Shown: positions 37,915 through 49,007, counted from the first letter of the stretch. The stretch: 64,000 nucleotides of DNA from a virus (IMGVR_UViG_3300037512_001279:57657-121656), one strand, 5' to 3'. Numbers and translations are program-made. The notes: generated from the sequence alone by a model not told the origin.

Positions 37915-38961
37915 TTAAAATATTGAAGATGATATTAATTGCGCAGCCATAACTTTATCATCAATACTACTATCGTCAAGATAAATTTCAGTTGTATCAG
38001 GCCTTTCATGACCCATTAGTTGTTTTACCAAGTGTAAATTACCTGTCTTATTAATCATAATATTTCCAAAAGCAGCACGAAGCTTATGTGGACTAATTTC
38101 ATATCCCAATGCATCATACGCATATTTTCTAACAATTTTTGATATTGAAGAAGAAGTAATTCTAGTTCTTGTAGAAGATATAAATAATGCATCCGTTTTA
38201 TTGTATCCAATCAAAAATACTTCTCTGTGATAAATCCATTCCTGTATAGCAATGATTAATTTATCACTTAATGCATATACATGTGTTTTATGGCCCTTAT
38301 CAATTATAGTTATAGTTTTATCTTCAAAATTTACATCTTCCACATTAATTTCTGCAAGTGCAGTTTCTCTCATGCCGGTCTGCATAAACAACATTAAAAT
38401 TGCAAGATCTCTTTCTTTCCATTCTTTCTGCCTGTTAATCATTCTTTCAGTACCAGCGCCATATTCAACAGAACTAAGCATTTCCTTAAGGTCATTTTCC
38501 TTTAAAAAAATTCTATGTGGATGATCCTTTCTAGTTTCTCTTTCAATAAGTTCCATCGGATTTACATCCACATATTTTTTCTTGTATAAATATTTGAAAA
38601 AACTATTTAATATTGTGTGATTTTGCTTTCTGTAAGAAAAGCTGGTTTCTTTAATTACTCCATCCTTTTCAGTTGTTTCAAGCTTCTTCATATATTTTGC
38701 TATTGATGTTTCTGATATGTTTTTCAGATTTACATTTTTTATGTCATTTGGACTAATAAATTGTAAAAACTTCTTAATTTTTCGAATGTATTCAAGACAG
38801 CTTTTCGGTTCTCTTTTAGAAGATAGTGCGTAATAATATTCAGAAACATATTCAGGCAACTGCTCAAGCAAAACATCAATATTGTTTTCAGTTTTAATGG
38901 CGTTTTCTAATCGTCCTTTCATTTTATCAACCTCCGTTCTTAAATACTCTTCTAAAATCAC
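37915..38961 (-). CDS. second tyrosine recombinase (XerC/D-like)
   Basis: TGMRETAL, DKG, PHKLRA, MGH, TTEIY: full catalytic set. Confidence 0.88.
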   Translation of the reverse strand: MILEEYLRTEVDKMKGRLENAIKTENNIDVLLEQLPEYVSEYYYALSSKREPKSCLEYIRKIKKFLQFISPNDIKNVNLKNISETSIAKYMKKLETTEKDGVIKETSFSYRKQNHTILNSFFKYLYKKKYVDVNPMELIERETRKDHPHRIFLKENDLKEMLSSVEYGAGTERMINRQKEWKERDLAILMLFMQTGMRETALAEINVEDVNFEDKTITIIDKGHKTHVYALSDKLIIAIQEWIYHREVFLIGYNKTDALFISSTRTRITSSSISKIVRKYAYDALGYEISPHKLRAAFGNIMINKTGNLHLVKQLMGHERPDTTEIYLDDSSIDDKVMAAQLISSSIF

Positions 38962-39418
38962 TCAACATTTCGTCATGTATTAACTTAAATCCGTTTTTCG
39001 AAATAATAATACTTTCTATCATATTAATATTTAATATACTTGAAAATGCATTAATATTTGAAGTCATCTTTATGTCATCATCACTAATTTCCAATTGTCC
39101 GTCCGGATGATTATGAGCAATAATATATTGGTCTGCACCTGTTAACAATAAAAAAGTATATAATTCCTTATTAGTAATACTTGTATGTCTAGTAGTTCCG
39201 TGAGATAGCTCAAAAACACCAAGGCAATTCAATACAGTATCAAATGAAATAACATATGCATATTCTTCGTTTAATTTATCCATGTGAAAACATTGATTTA
39301 ACATTGATACAATATTTACGTATGATTTTAAGTCTTTATCCCAATTATAAGAATTACTTTCCATTAAACACGGATGACCTTTGTCGTTTTTACATACCTT
39401 ATATTCCTTTATTTTCAT
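38927..39418 (-). CDS. radC: RadC-like JAB/MPN domain protein
   Basis: EE..., S.GT, AHNHPDG..SDDD JAMM motif. Confidence 0.82.
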   Translation of the reverse strand: MKIKEYKVCKNDKGHPCLMESNSYNWDKDLKSYVNIVSMLNQCFHMDKLNEEYAYVISFDTVLNCLGVFELSHGTTRHTSITNKELYTFLLLTGADQYIIAHNHPDGQLEISDDDIKMTSNINAFSSILNINMIESIIISKNGFKLIHDEMLSDFRRVFKNGG

Positions 39419-39615
39419 TCTATCTCTTCTCCATTTACTCTCTCTACTAATTTACCATTTTCGAATATCAAAACATCTGCAAATACATCCGGTTCTTCTG
39501 ATTTAAGGTGATATGTTATCATTATCGCAATATCAAAATACATATCATCCTTATTTTCAAATTCCCTTTGACATCTGTATCCGTCAGAGAAACCATATGT
39601 CCACATAGAAATCAC
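39415..39615 (-). CDS. hypothetical protein
   Basis: Overlapping start/stop. Confidence 0.55.
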   Translation of the reverse strand: MISMWTYGFSDGYRCQREFENKDDMYFDIAIMITYHLKSEEPDVFADVLIFENGKLVERVNGEEIE

Positions 39616-40187
39616 CTCTTTCTTTTATAAGGTACAGCCGTGTGTCCACCATACTTTAAAAACTCATCTTCTGTTATTCTTTTAGATCCTAAATATTTTT
39701 TTGTACTTTTTGTTGTATCATAATAATGCTTAAAATAATATGTAGAATCTTTGCTTAATTCATAATATTTTTCAGTGTTTAATTCATAATGTCCACATCT
39801 TTTGTCAAGACTATTTAATCCACCAACATAAAAAAATAACTTTCCATTTCTTCTTGCGTAATCATTTGCTTCATTATAAATTCTACAGAATTCTTTTTCT
39901 TCATTTAGTTCATTTTCTTTGGTATAATCTTTTAATATAATATTATGATCAGATGCATCACTTAAAATATTATGACCGTTGTTCAAGTTTTTTCTTCTAT
40001 CACATTTAATATCATTTCCATTTTGTTTTATATACCATTCCCCACCACGATTGTCATAATATGTATCAAATCCATTAGCAATTGCACGACGCCTGTTTTC
40101 TTGCTTTGATTTTTCTAGGTTTATACTGAAAATAGTATTACCAATTAAATCTACTATTCCAAATATAATACCAAACATTATTATCAC
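39612..40187 (-). CDS. hypothetical protein with N-terminal hydrophobic segment
   Basis: 191 aa ORF. Confidence 0.6.
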   Translation of the reverse strand: MIIMFGIIFGIVDLIGNTIFSINLEKSKQENRRRAIANGFDTYYDNRGGEWYIKQNGNDIKCDRRKNLNNGHNILSDASDHNIILKDYTKENELNEEKEFCRIYNEANDYARRNGKLFFYVGGLNSLDKRCGHYELNTEKYYELSKDSTYYFKHYYDTTKSTKKYLGSKRITEDEFLKYGGHTAVPYKRKR

Positions 40188-40406
40188 TTCCCTTCATTAA
40201 ACACCAAATATTTCTCCCACCTATAGTCACGAATCGGCATTGGTTTATGATTGTCGAAATACAAAACCAATGCCGGTGATATCTTGTTCCATTTATTCAA
40301 TTCCCATTTTTGTCAGATGGCCTTCGTTAATGAGTTGCTTTGCTTTTGCGTGATAGTTATAATACATTTTATCACCATCCAATCAAAGTATCATTTTATC
40401 TGATTA

Positions 40407-40790
40407 TTAGAATCCACAAAACTCTCTGATTTTTTGTTTCTGTTCATCGGAAAACTCGCAAGTTTGCTGGTAATCGCAACCGTTCAAAAAATCGCCATCG
40501 TCATCCGTGTTATACATTTCAACGAAGGTCATCGAAAGGAAAATAAATTCGCACCCTTTATTGGTGAATACTTCAACGGTGCATCCATCGTTCATGCTCA
40601 TATCTGCTTCGCTTGCTGCCTTTTCACCTTTAAATTCCTTTCCTCCGTCAGGCTCCAGATCATTCAGGATCGCGTTCGTTACTTCGTTCAAATCATTCAG
40701 TCTGCTCGCCTGCTCCTTGCTAAGTTCTACGCTGGCCAAAATCTTTCTTGCGGTATTGTATCCATTCATCATCATAATCTTTCCCTCCAT
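40407..40790 (-). CDS. hypothetical acidic protein
   Basis: ORF track; start probably a few codons later after GGAGG. Confidence 0.65.
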   Translation of the reverse strand: MEGKIMMMNGYNTARKILASVELSKEQASRLNDLNEVTNAILNDLEPDGGKEFKGEKAASEADMSMNDGCTVEVFTNKGCEFIFLSMTFVEMYNTDDDGDFLNGCDYQQTCEFSDEQKQKIREFCGF

Positions 40791-40799
40791 TTCCCTCTA

Positions 40800-41360
40800 C
40801 TAAATTGTTTTGTATCCTTTTTGTCTGAAAAAATCTCTCAGATCGTTGTAATCCCATTCATATGGGGCCTTTTCGTCCTTTTTTAAGAATTCTATAAACT
40901 CATCGTTGAGATCCCCTTCAACAACCATTTTTTCTGCATCTTCCGCACTAATGGTTTTAATTCTATTATCGCCGTTTTCGTCCAGTTCTTTTGTGCATAC
41001 GTCGTTTCTGATAACTGCGATATACCAAAATCTTCCGCCATCATTCTCTTCGTTGAAATCGTTAAATTCACGGCACTTTCTCATGGCTTCCTTCATTTCA
41101 TAACTTCCGGTTCCCCAGTCATTATCTTCGATTGTCCCGTCCATAACTGCGTACCACTCAGACCTGTTTCTAATTTCTTCCATAACCCATTCAATTTCTT
41201 CATCAGACAGATCCTCACTATATTCTGCGCCGTCATCAATAATAATATCTCTAAGCTCTCCGTCAGTTAACTTTGCAACATCTGCAGATGCCATTGCATT
41301 AATATATCCTTCATATTTATTAACAATATCTCTTTTCGTCATCATACTCTTTCCCTCCAT
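40800..41360 (-). CDS. hypothetical acidic protein (DNDWGTGS motif)
   Basis: ORF track; shares leader with 40407-40790. Confidence 0.65.
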   Translation of the reverse strand: MEGKSMMTKRDIVNKYEGYINAMASADVAKLTDGELRDIIIDDGAEYSEDLSDEEIEWVMEEIRNRSEWYAVMDGTIEDNDWGTGSYEMKEAMRKCREFNDFNEENDGGRFWYIAVIRNDVCTKELDENGDNRIKTISAEDAEKMVVEGDLNDEFIEFLKKDEKAPYEWDYNDLRDFFRQKGYKTI

Positions 41361-41393
41361 TTATTATATTATTATATTTCACTCCATAGTCCA

Positions 41394-42904
41394 TTGACGT
41401 ACCCATCGGCTAAAGCCAATGGGATTCCGAAGAAGTTTGTCATTTAAGTTTCCACCTACGAATAGGCAAACCTTATTCTTCGAGGACTCGCCAAAAGTCC
41501 AATACACAGTTTCTCGTAATCGAGATTCTGCTTACATTTACGCATTATATTTGCACTACCGTTGACATCAGCGTTGATGGTAGTGCCTTTTTTAGTTTTG
41601 TAAAGACCACGATGTACACGAGAGCCACTAAATTTACCCATGTAAGGTTGTTCAGGTTTGTATGTAGGCAATACATCGTTATCAAAAAAACTACTCTTAG
41701 ACGTGTAAGATTCTTCTTGTTCGATATATTCGATACCATATTTCCAACACAAAAACTCTAATTGTTGTCTTAAATCGCCAAGAGGTATCTGAACGAAGTT
41801 CTGATTAGTTACCTTACCAAGGTTACTATCTCTCTTGAAATCAGCATTGTAACCAACAATTATCGTTCCAATATCATTGTTAATACAATAATTTACGATA
41901 TATCTTGCAGTCTTTTTGATTGCATCGTTGATTTGATTATTACGCTTTGTAGTAATTTTTTGTATTTGTGACGTAGTTTTTAAACCCTGTTTCATAGAGA
42001 CAGAGCGTAATCTTGCCATTTCTTTGTTCCATTGGTGGTTGATTGATTTTAATTTACGACCATCCATTATGAACGGTGTCCCAACGGTAGAAACACAAGT
42101 CGCTAAATTATCTATTCCAAGATCAATAGACAACATATTATCTTTATTAAGATTTAAGATGTCTTGTGTCACTTCATACACATACTGTATCTTAAAGAAT
42201 TTGCCATTATTGTAAGGTAAAATGCGTACTTCCTTAATAGTGGCATTTTTAAGTCTTTCAGGGAATGGTACTGCTATTTCTTTTATATCGGGATGTAACG
42301 CTCTAAAAGCACGACTCATAGGAACATAGAACATACCATTTTTAATAGCAATAGCATTAGTAGACAACACAAGATTAAACAAACCGCCTTTTTTACGATA
42401 ATGCGGTATCTTTACATCGTGGTAACGATAATCGCCAACCTTACATTTCTTTAATAGATTGAAAAAAGACTTAAAACTACGGTCTACTACTTTCATCGTC
42501 TGTTGTGCTACACCTGCTTGTAAATAGACATAGTTCTCATTTTCTTTACACTCGTGATAATTACTCTCATACGTCAGAAACTTTTTGGTATTAAAATAGT
42601 GCTGTCTTATATTGTATAAGGCAACATTATATAGACTATTTGAGTATTGGCACATTTCTTTAAGCAGGGCATACTGCTTTTTAGATAGCCCACGAATGAC
42701 GTTACTTTGTACTGCGTAAGTAGCCATAAGTTGTTCTCCTTTCTTTATTATTTGCCATATCTACATTATATACCAAGACTCTGAAACAATATATCGAAAA
42801 CCAAGGCAAGAAATAAGCTGTCACTTAGGGGTGACGGCTGCGGTGAGTCCATCGGGCTTCATCCCATCAGCTAAAGCTAATGGGTTTTCGCCCGTGAGCA
42901 ATTT
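41394..42904 (-). mobile_element. IS200/IS605-type tnpB-only element, copy 1 (1511 bp)
   Basis: TTAT target motif 5' of left end AAATTGCTCACGGG; right end hairpin ending TCAA; near-identical to copy 2. Confidence 0.9.
41456..42727 (-). CDS. tnpB: TnpB (rearranged RuvC-II, no zinc finger)
   Basis: SIDLG, IVGYN with Glu shifted to QEESYTS, NADVNGSANI. Confidence 0.9.
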   Translation of the reverse strand: MATYAVQSNVIRGLSKKQYALLKEMCQYSNSLYNVALYNIRQHYFNTKKFLTYESNYHECKENENYVYLQAGVAQQTMKVVDRSFKSFFNLLKKCKVGDYRYHDVKIPHYRKKGGLFNLVLSTNAIAIKNGMFYVPMSRAFRALHPDIKEIAVPFPERLKNATIKEVRILPYNNGKFFKIQYVYEVTQDILNLNKDNMLSIDLGIDNLATCVSTVGTPFIMDGRKLKSINHQWNKEMARLRSVSMKQGLKTTSQIQKITTKRNNQINDAIKKTARYIVNYCINNDIGTIIVGYNADFKRDSNLGKVTNQNFVQIPLGDLRQQLEFLCWKYGIEYIEQEESYTSKSSFFDNDVLPTYKPEQPYMGKFSGSRVHRGLYKTKKGTTINADVNGSANIMRKCKQNLDYEKLCIGLLASPRRIRFAYS

Positions 42905-42971
42905 ATAAACATCACTCAACAAATTGTTTATACAATATCTATTTCTGTATACATTATATTATAAATATTAC

Positions 42972-43185
42972 TAATTTGCAACCACTGGTTCTTGCGGTTC
43001 TATACCATTTGCCCTACAAATTCCAGAGACTTCGTCATTTGACAGAATTCTGTTTACTTTGATGGAGCCTGAGATATACCATGGTACGGTGGCAAGTGGG
43101 TTCGTTCGAAATTCATAGTAGCCAGAAACTGGCACTTCCTTTAGGCAGCATGCAGGCTAGTGATACCGTATGGTGTGAGATTGAG
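42972..43185 (-). pseudogene. C-terminal fragment of a phage gene between two IS elements
   Basis: ACCLKEVPVSGYYEFRTNP..WYISGSIKVNRILSNDEV..C...* with no start; in-frame stop upstream. Confidence 0.55.
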
Positions 43186-44477
43186 TTGACACTCCACACG
43201 ACTAAAGTCGTGGGATTCTTGTTTCGACGACCACTACATTGCTACAAGAGCTTTAGTTTTACACGATCTCCACAAGCGTAAATTCCCGTATGCCCTACGG
43301 TACTGTTTATACTTTAGACTACTGATAGCCCTTTGTTCAGGATGTTAATGCTTGCATTAGTATCCCTGTCGTGTTTTGTATGACACTGAGGACATTCCCA
43401 ACTGCGTACAGCAAGATTCTTTACAAGCGGATTTTTATAGCCGCAACAGCTGCAAGTCTGACTGCTTGGGTACATAGTTGGCACTTTGATTACTTCACTC
43501 CCGTACCATGCAGCTTTATATTCAAGCATTGTAAAGAACTTACTCCATGATGCACTTGCTATAGATTTTGCAAGTTTATGATTATGTATCATTCCCTTAA
43601 CATTAATGTCTTCTATGCAGATAGTTTGGTTTTCGCTAACAAGCATAGTTGACTGCTTTTGAAGGAAATCATTACGCTGATTGGTTATTTTCTCATGGAC
43701 TTTAGCTACACGGATACGTTGTTTGTTACGGTTATTTGAACCTTTTTGTTTGTGTGATAGTCTGCGTTGCTCACGAATGAGCTTACGCATAGACTTTTCA
43801 AGGTATTTAGGATTATTTACAGTATTACCGTTGCTATCAGAGTAAAATTCTTTGATGCCTACATCTATACCTACCATACATCCGTTGTTTGGACGCAGTT
43901 CAGGCTCAAAGTCCACGTTGAGGACTACGAAATATTTACCTGTAGGAGTCTTCTCAATGGTGACGTTATTGATATGTCCGACTTCCATAGATTGTTTGAT
44001 TTTTACATATCCAAGCTTAGGGAGTTTGACATACTTGCCGACTATGCGGATGTTATCACCTTGATTGATAGTTCTGTAGGATTGATGGTTGTTATGCTTG
44101 CTTTTGAACTGAGGATGCCTTGCACGTTTCTCAAAGAAGTTTTTGAATCCACGGTCTAAGTCTCTGAGAGACTGTTGCAAAGCGATAGAATCCACATCTT
44201 TGAGAAATACAAAGCCTTCCTGTTTCTTGAGTTCGGTAAGCATAGCAGAAGTCTGCGTGTAACCGACCTTTTGACCGTTTGCAAAGGCATCGTTACGCAT
44301 AGCGAGGCCTTTGTTGTAAATGAATCTACAGCAACCAAGTGTCTGATTTATTAAGTTTTGCTGTTCTTTATTAGGATATGCCCTAAACTTAACGCCTTTA
44401 TTCATATGAACACCTATGTTCTTGTTTTTTGGGTATCCTCACGGTTGAAACCGTGGGTTTTCTCGCCAGCACAGGTT
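43186..44477 (-). mobile_element. IS200/IS605-type tnpB-only element
   Basis: TTAT then left end AACCTGTGCTGGCGAGAAAACCCACGG hairpin; right end ...GGAGTGTCAA. Confidence 0.85.
43314..44405 (-). CDS. tnpB: RNA-guided endonuclease TnpB
   Basis: [20 protein letters not shown]; CSCC..CPQC zinc finger. Confidence 0.93.
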   Translation of the reverse strand: MNKGVKFRAYPNKEQQNLINQTLGCCRFIYNKGLAMRNDAFANGQKVGYTQTSAMLTELKKQEGFVFLKDVDSIALQQSLRDLDRGFKNFFEKRARHPQFKSKHNNHQSYRTINQGDNIRIVGKYVKLPKLGYVKIKQSMEVGHINNVTIEKTPTGKYFVVLNVDFEPELRPNNGCMVGIDVGIKEFYSDSNGNTVNNPKYLEKSMRKLIREQRRLSHKQKGSNNRNKQRIRVAKVHEKITNQRNDFLQKQSTMLVSENQTICIEDINVKGMIHNHKLAKSIASASWSKFFTMLEYKAAWYGSEVIKVPTMYPSSQTCSCCGYKNPLVKNLAVRSWECPQCHTKHDRDTNASINILNKGLSVV

Positions 44478-44865
44478 ATAATCAAATACACAAAAATCTT
44501 CTTTATTCATTATTATTGTTCTCCTTTCTATCACCAAATATCAAAACATAAAACACATAGAACGTTGATATCCAAAACATAGTTCCGTATACAATAAGAG
44601 ATATTACAGACAAAGTTTCTTCCATAATTATTCCTCCTTCGTGTTATCTAAAAATACGTTACTGTCAATAATTTTAATTCTCTTAATGTCACACTTGTGC
44701 TTCATTGCCAGCTTGTACTTTGCCGATCTCAACTTATCAGATACAACAACCTCACTAAACTCATTGTCATTAACCGAATACTTAATTTGCCATGCCTTCA
44801 TAATATTATTCTCCCTTCTACTTTATAGTTTTATATTCCGTTAACTTATGTGTAATAAACATCAC

Positions 44866-45579
44866 TTAATGCGCTTTAAAGATAACCGACTCACCGTTCT
44901 TTAAAGTCCAACATCCTTCGCTCTGCCAATGACACATGCTGCAATTTCCATTACAATAATAGCTGCCGTAATCAGGAGCAGTGGTCGTTCCATCTTCATA
45001 AAGCACATGAGATTCAGGAAGATTATGTTTGTTATAACACTCAACGCCACACCAACGACTGATAATTGGTTTTACATTAGAAGGAAAACTATCTTCATCT
45101 AAAAATCTGTTAATGTCATCGTAGGACTTTGTAAAAAATAAGATATCCGTTTTTGTACATCTCTCTGCCATTGCCTTTACGTAACCAAAATCTTCGTAAT
45201 TTAAATCGCCGCCAACATTAATTCTCAGTTCCTGTACGCAATCTTCTCTTACACACTCCTCTACCTGCCTCCAATACTCTGCAGGATTTAACTTATGGAT
45301 TGCAGAATTACGAGCACGATCATTTTTTACTGGATCAAATCTGCAGTCATTTCTTAAGTCATGACAATCAAACATGCACTCACCACAGTTATAGCAATCC
45401 ACAATTGGAATAAATGAAGTAGTCCTGCAGTTCTTTCCAGTTTTTGAATTGCCTTGCTGAAGAATAACATGAACACTTTCTCCAGCCTGGATTCTCTTAA
45501 TCCATTCATCTCTTAATGCCAACATTTCATTTACTCGCTTTCTGATAGCATCTGAACTAAAACTTCCCTTCATAATCAA
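44866..45579 (-). CDS. GP88-like protein
   Basis: GNSKTG, C..C..C, LRINVGGD, FTKS, C-terminal CxGxCxxC. Confidence 0.7.
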   Translation of the reverse strand: MIMKGSFSSDAIRKRVNEMLALRDEWIKRIQAGESVHVILQQGNSKTGKNCRTTSFIPIVDCYNCGECMFDCHDLRNDCRFDPVKNDRARNSAIHKLNPAEYWRQVEECVREDCVQELRINVGGDLNYEDFGYVKAMAERCTKTDILFFTKSYDDINRFLDEDSFPSNVKPIISRWCGVECYNKHNLPESHVLYEDGTTTAPDYGSYYCNGNCSMCHWQSEGCWTLKNGESVIFKAH

Positions 45580-45761
45580 ATCTCCTTTTCATTTGTTTAA
45601 AATTAAAAGAGAGCCTGTTCACTTCAGGCTCCCTTAGTTACAAATATTCAGTTTTCGTATGCTTCTATTGCCTTTTCGTAATCTTCCTGCCCGCCATAAA
45701 ACTTAACAATCTTATCCATCAGCATTTCTTTACTTGCTTTTGTTATTTTTATTTCTTCCAT

Positions 45762-47273
45762 TTGACGTACCCATCGGCTAAAGCCAATGGGATTCCGAAG
45801 AAGTTTGTCATTTAAGTTTCCACCTACGAATAGGCAAACCTTATTCTTCGAGGACTCGCCAAAAGTCCAATACACAGTTTCTCGTAATCGAGATTCTGCT
45901 TACATTTACGCATTATATTTGCACTACCGTTGACATCAGCGTTGATGGTAGTGCCTTTTTTAGTTTTGTAAAGACCACGATGTACACGAGAGCCACTAAA
46001 TTTACCCATGTAAGGTTGTTCAGGTTTGTATGTAGGCAATACATCGTTATCAAAAAAACTACTCTTAGACGTGTAAGATTCTTCTTGTTCGATATATTCG
46101 ATACCATATTTCCAACACAAAAACTCTAATTGTTGTCTTAAATCGCCAAGAGGTATCTGAACGAAGTTCTGATTAGTTACCTTACCAAGGTTACTATCTC
46201 TCTTGAAATCAGCATTGTAACCAACAATTATCGTTCCAATATCATTGTTAATACAATAATTTACGATATATCTTGCAGTCTTTTTGATTGCATCGTTGAT
46301 TTGATTATTACGCTTTGTAGTAATTTTTTGTATTTGTGACGTAGTTTTTAAACCCTGTTTCATAGAGACAGAGCGTAATCTTGCCATTTCTTTGTTCCAT
46401 TGGTGGTTGATTGATTTTAATTTACGACCATCCATTATGAACGGTGTCCCAACGGTAGAAACACAAGTCGCTAAATTATCTATTCCAAGATCAATAGACA
46501 ACATATTATCTTTATTAAGATTTAAGATGTCTTGTGTCACTTCATACACATACTGTATCTTAAAGAATTTGCCATTATTGTAAGGTAAAATGCGTACTTC
46601 CTTAATAGTGGCATTTTTAAGTCTTTCAGGGAATGGTACTGCTATTTCTTTTATATCGGGATGTAACGCTCTAAAAGCACGACTCATAGGAACATAGAAC
46701 ATACCATTTTTAATAGCAATAGCATTAGTAGACAACACAAGATTAAACAAACCGCCTTTTTTACGATAATGCGGTATCTTTACATCGTGGTAACGATAAT
46801 CGCCAACCTTACATTTCTTTAATAGATTGAAAAAAGACTTAAAACTACGGTCTACTACTTTCATCGTCTGTTGTGCTACACCTGCTTGTAAATAGACATA
46901 GTTCTCATTTTCTTTACACTCGTGATAATTACTCTCATACGTCAGAAACTTTTTGGTATTAAAATAGTGCTGTCTTATATTGTATAAGGCAACATTATAT
47001 AGACTATTTGAGTATTGGCACATTTCTTTAAGCAGGGCATACTGCTTTTTAGATAGCCCACGAATGACGTTACTTTGTACTGCGTAAGTAGCCATAAGTT
47101 GTTCTCCTTTCTTTATTATTTGCCATATCTACATTATATACCAAGACTCTGAAACAATATATCGAAAACCAAGGCAAGAAATAAGCCGTCACTTAGGGGG
47201 TGACGGCTGCGGTGAGTCCATCGGGCTTCATCCCATCAGCTAAAGCTAATGGGTTTTCGCCCGTGAGCAATTT
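45762..47273 (-). mobile_element. IS200/IS605-type tnpB-only element, copy 2 (1512 bp)
   Basis: Same ends and TTAT motif as copy 1; boundaries supported by ORF restoration. Confidence 0.9.
45824..47095 (-). CDS. tnpB: TnpB, protein identical to 41456-42727
   Basis: Identical translation in the ORF track. Confidence 0.9.
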   Translation of the reverse strand: MATYAVQSNVIRGLSKKQYALLKEMCQYSNSLYNVALYNIRQHYFNTKKFLTYESNYHECKENENYVYLQAGVAQQTMKVVDRSFKSFFNLLKKCKVGDYRYHDVKIPHYRKKGGLFNLVLSTNAIAIKNGMFYVPMSRAFRALHPDIKEIAVPFPERLKNATIKEVRILPYNNGKFFKIQYVYEVTQDILNLNKDNMLSIDLGIDNLATCVSTVGTPFIMDGRKLKSINHQWNKEMARLRSVSMKQGLKTTSQIQKITTKRNNQINDAIKKTARYIVNYCINNDIGTIIVGYNADFKRDSNLGKVTNQNFVQIPLGDLRQQLEFLCWKYGIEYIEQEESYTSKSSFFDNDVLPTYKPEQPYMGKFSGSRVHRGLYKTKKGTTINADVNGSANIMRKCKQNLDYEKLCIGLLASPRRIRFAYS

Positions 47274-47313
47274 ATAACTAACTTCCGTTAGATCTAACAT
47301 AATCAACACCCCC

Positions 47314-47668
47314 TTATCCCCATTGATTTGCAAAAGCTCTTGCAATTCCAGGAAATGTACGACTTCTTACCTTAGCTCTTTCCTTTGGCGGCAACTTGAA
47401 TGCTTCTGCATACCACTTAGGTTGTCTTTTTACCTTTCCTGTCTTACCGTCAACCCACTCAAAGTAATCAAGTTCCGGCTGTTCAGTTACATCAGGAACC
47501 AAAGGAGCAACTCCCTTAATCCATAGACAAGTGTGCTTCTCAAAATTATCACCGATCAGGATGACCACCGCTCGGTTCAATGATGTCACAACTAAATGCG
47601 TTGTGTCCATTTTCTCGGAATGCCTTGCAAACTTCTTGTGATTCTTCACAAGCTATCAAAACGTTCAT
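47314..47668 (-). pseudogene. internally deleted DNA cytosine methyltransferase
   Basis: MNVLIACEESQEVCKAFR..GH.AFSCDI..SGGHP fused out of frame to GD..K.TCLW.KG...RSRTFPGIA.A.A.QWG; catalytic middle missing. Confidence 0.75.
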
Positions 47669-47949
47669 AAGCCATACCCCACTTTCTTTAAAAAAATTAA
47701 GAGAGCCTCTGTTCGAAGCTCTCTTAAATACATTCTCTATTTACCTGATCAAAAAGTTATTTTATTTAACATATTCCCAATGATCTGAATTAATAATATT
47801 ATCTATTAACCATGCTTCAATAAAATCATCTAAATTTTTTACCCAGTCTGGTGTTTGAATCGCCACCTTATATGAACCATATCCAAACGAAGGATATATT
47901 CTAATCGTTGTAATATTCATTTGCTTTACCTCCTATCAAAGTATTTTTT

Positions 47950-48216
47950 TTATCTATACCAATATCCATTTTCTTCGTCCCAATCTTCTGTGTCACTTGT
48001 TTCACTACCGCAAACATATTCTTCTCCATCAATTGTTACAAACTCTCTGATAAGAATGTCGTCATCTACGTTTACATCAGATTCCTCAATATCAAACACC
48101 TCATGTGTTTTCATGTTTACCTTGCATCGTGTTGTAATCTCACCATATTGATCCCAATCGCTTGTAAATGTAGCATCTTTAATAAATAAATTTTCCATAC
48201 CAATGTCTCCTTTCAC
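47950..48216 (-). CDS. hypothetical acidic protein
   Basis: RBS; ITTRCKVN..T.EVFDIE. Confidence 0.65.
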   Translation of the reverse strand: MKGDIGMENLFIKDATFTSDWDQYGEITTRCKVNMKTHEVFDIEESDVNVDDDILIREFVTIDGEEYVCGSETSDTEDWDEENGYWYR

Positions 48217-48225
48217 TTAAAAAGA

Positions 48226-48408
48226 TTATTTTATTTCCACATCAAATTCATTTAAGTCATAATCAAATATTACACCCCTATGATCTGTAATCCACATTGT
48301 GTTATCATCTACCTTATAATTCAATCTCATAACCTCATGCTGCTTAACTACAAGTGGAGAATTCTTTTCTTTAACATATGCTATTAAAGTTGCCTGATAC
48401 ATACTCAT
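48226..48408 (-). CDS. hypothetical protein
   Basis: AAAGGAG RBS. Confidence 0.6.
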   Translation of the reverse strand: MSMYQATLIAYVKEKNSPLVVKQHEVMRLNYKVDDNTMWITDHRGVIFDYDLNEFDVEIK

Positions 48409-48563
48409 CTCTCCTTTCTACTCTTCATATACTTCAACAATGTCAGATGTCTTAACACCCATATACTCTCGGCACATCTTTTTTGCTTCCGTTTTGTTCT
48501 TATCACTGCATCTGTATCTGTAATGTATTCCACTTTGTGACAGATAAACTACACAATACTGTT

Positions 48564-49007
48564 TCATACCGTACATTCTCCTTTCTCTAAGTGAATAACA
48601 TAAGCGAATACACCATCAGAACCATCAATCAAATCCATTACATCGTTGTCATCGTTCCAATCAGGCATATTTGTCTTAAACCATTCGTTGCGAACTTCCC
48701 ATGCCTTGTCGTGTGACCTACCATGATAAATTGTTGCAATGACGTCTCCGGTTTTTCTGCTTCGCAAATCAACTGCCCACCAATCTCCGTCATAAATAGA
48801 ATCGTTTAAACCAATCACGCCATAATCTGGATCATCAAGTTCATTCATGCAAATAATTGCTTTAACGGAATCATCACAGTATTTGCTTTCAACTCTGTCT
48901 ATTGCTTCACAATAACTGTCTGCTCGAACAATTCCTACGATTCCATTTTTGGTACTGAATCCATACACATAATCAAATACGTTCATCTTTATTCTCCTTT
49001 CTACCAT
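48564..49007 (-). CDS. hypothetical protein
   Basis: RBS, packing. Confidence 0.6.
   Translation of the reverse strand: MVERRIKMNVFDYVYGFSTKNGIVGIVRADSYCEAIDRVESKYCDDSVKAIICMNELDDPDYGVIGLNDSIYDGDWWAVDLRSRKTGDVIATIYHGRSHDKAWEVRNEWFKTNMPDWNDDNDVMDLIDGSDGVFAYVIHLEKGECTV

Larger units (their letters stand above)
45648..47300 (-). pseudogene. small gene interrupted by IS copy 2
   Basis: Removing 45762-47273 gives in-frame MLDLTEVSY|MEEIKITKASKEMLMDK...YEN. Confidence 0.7.

Noticed and set aside
41394-47273. IStron (intron-IS hybrid)
   Set aside because: Under 200 nt between left end and tnpB, with no group I core motifs
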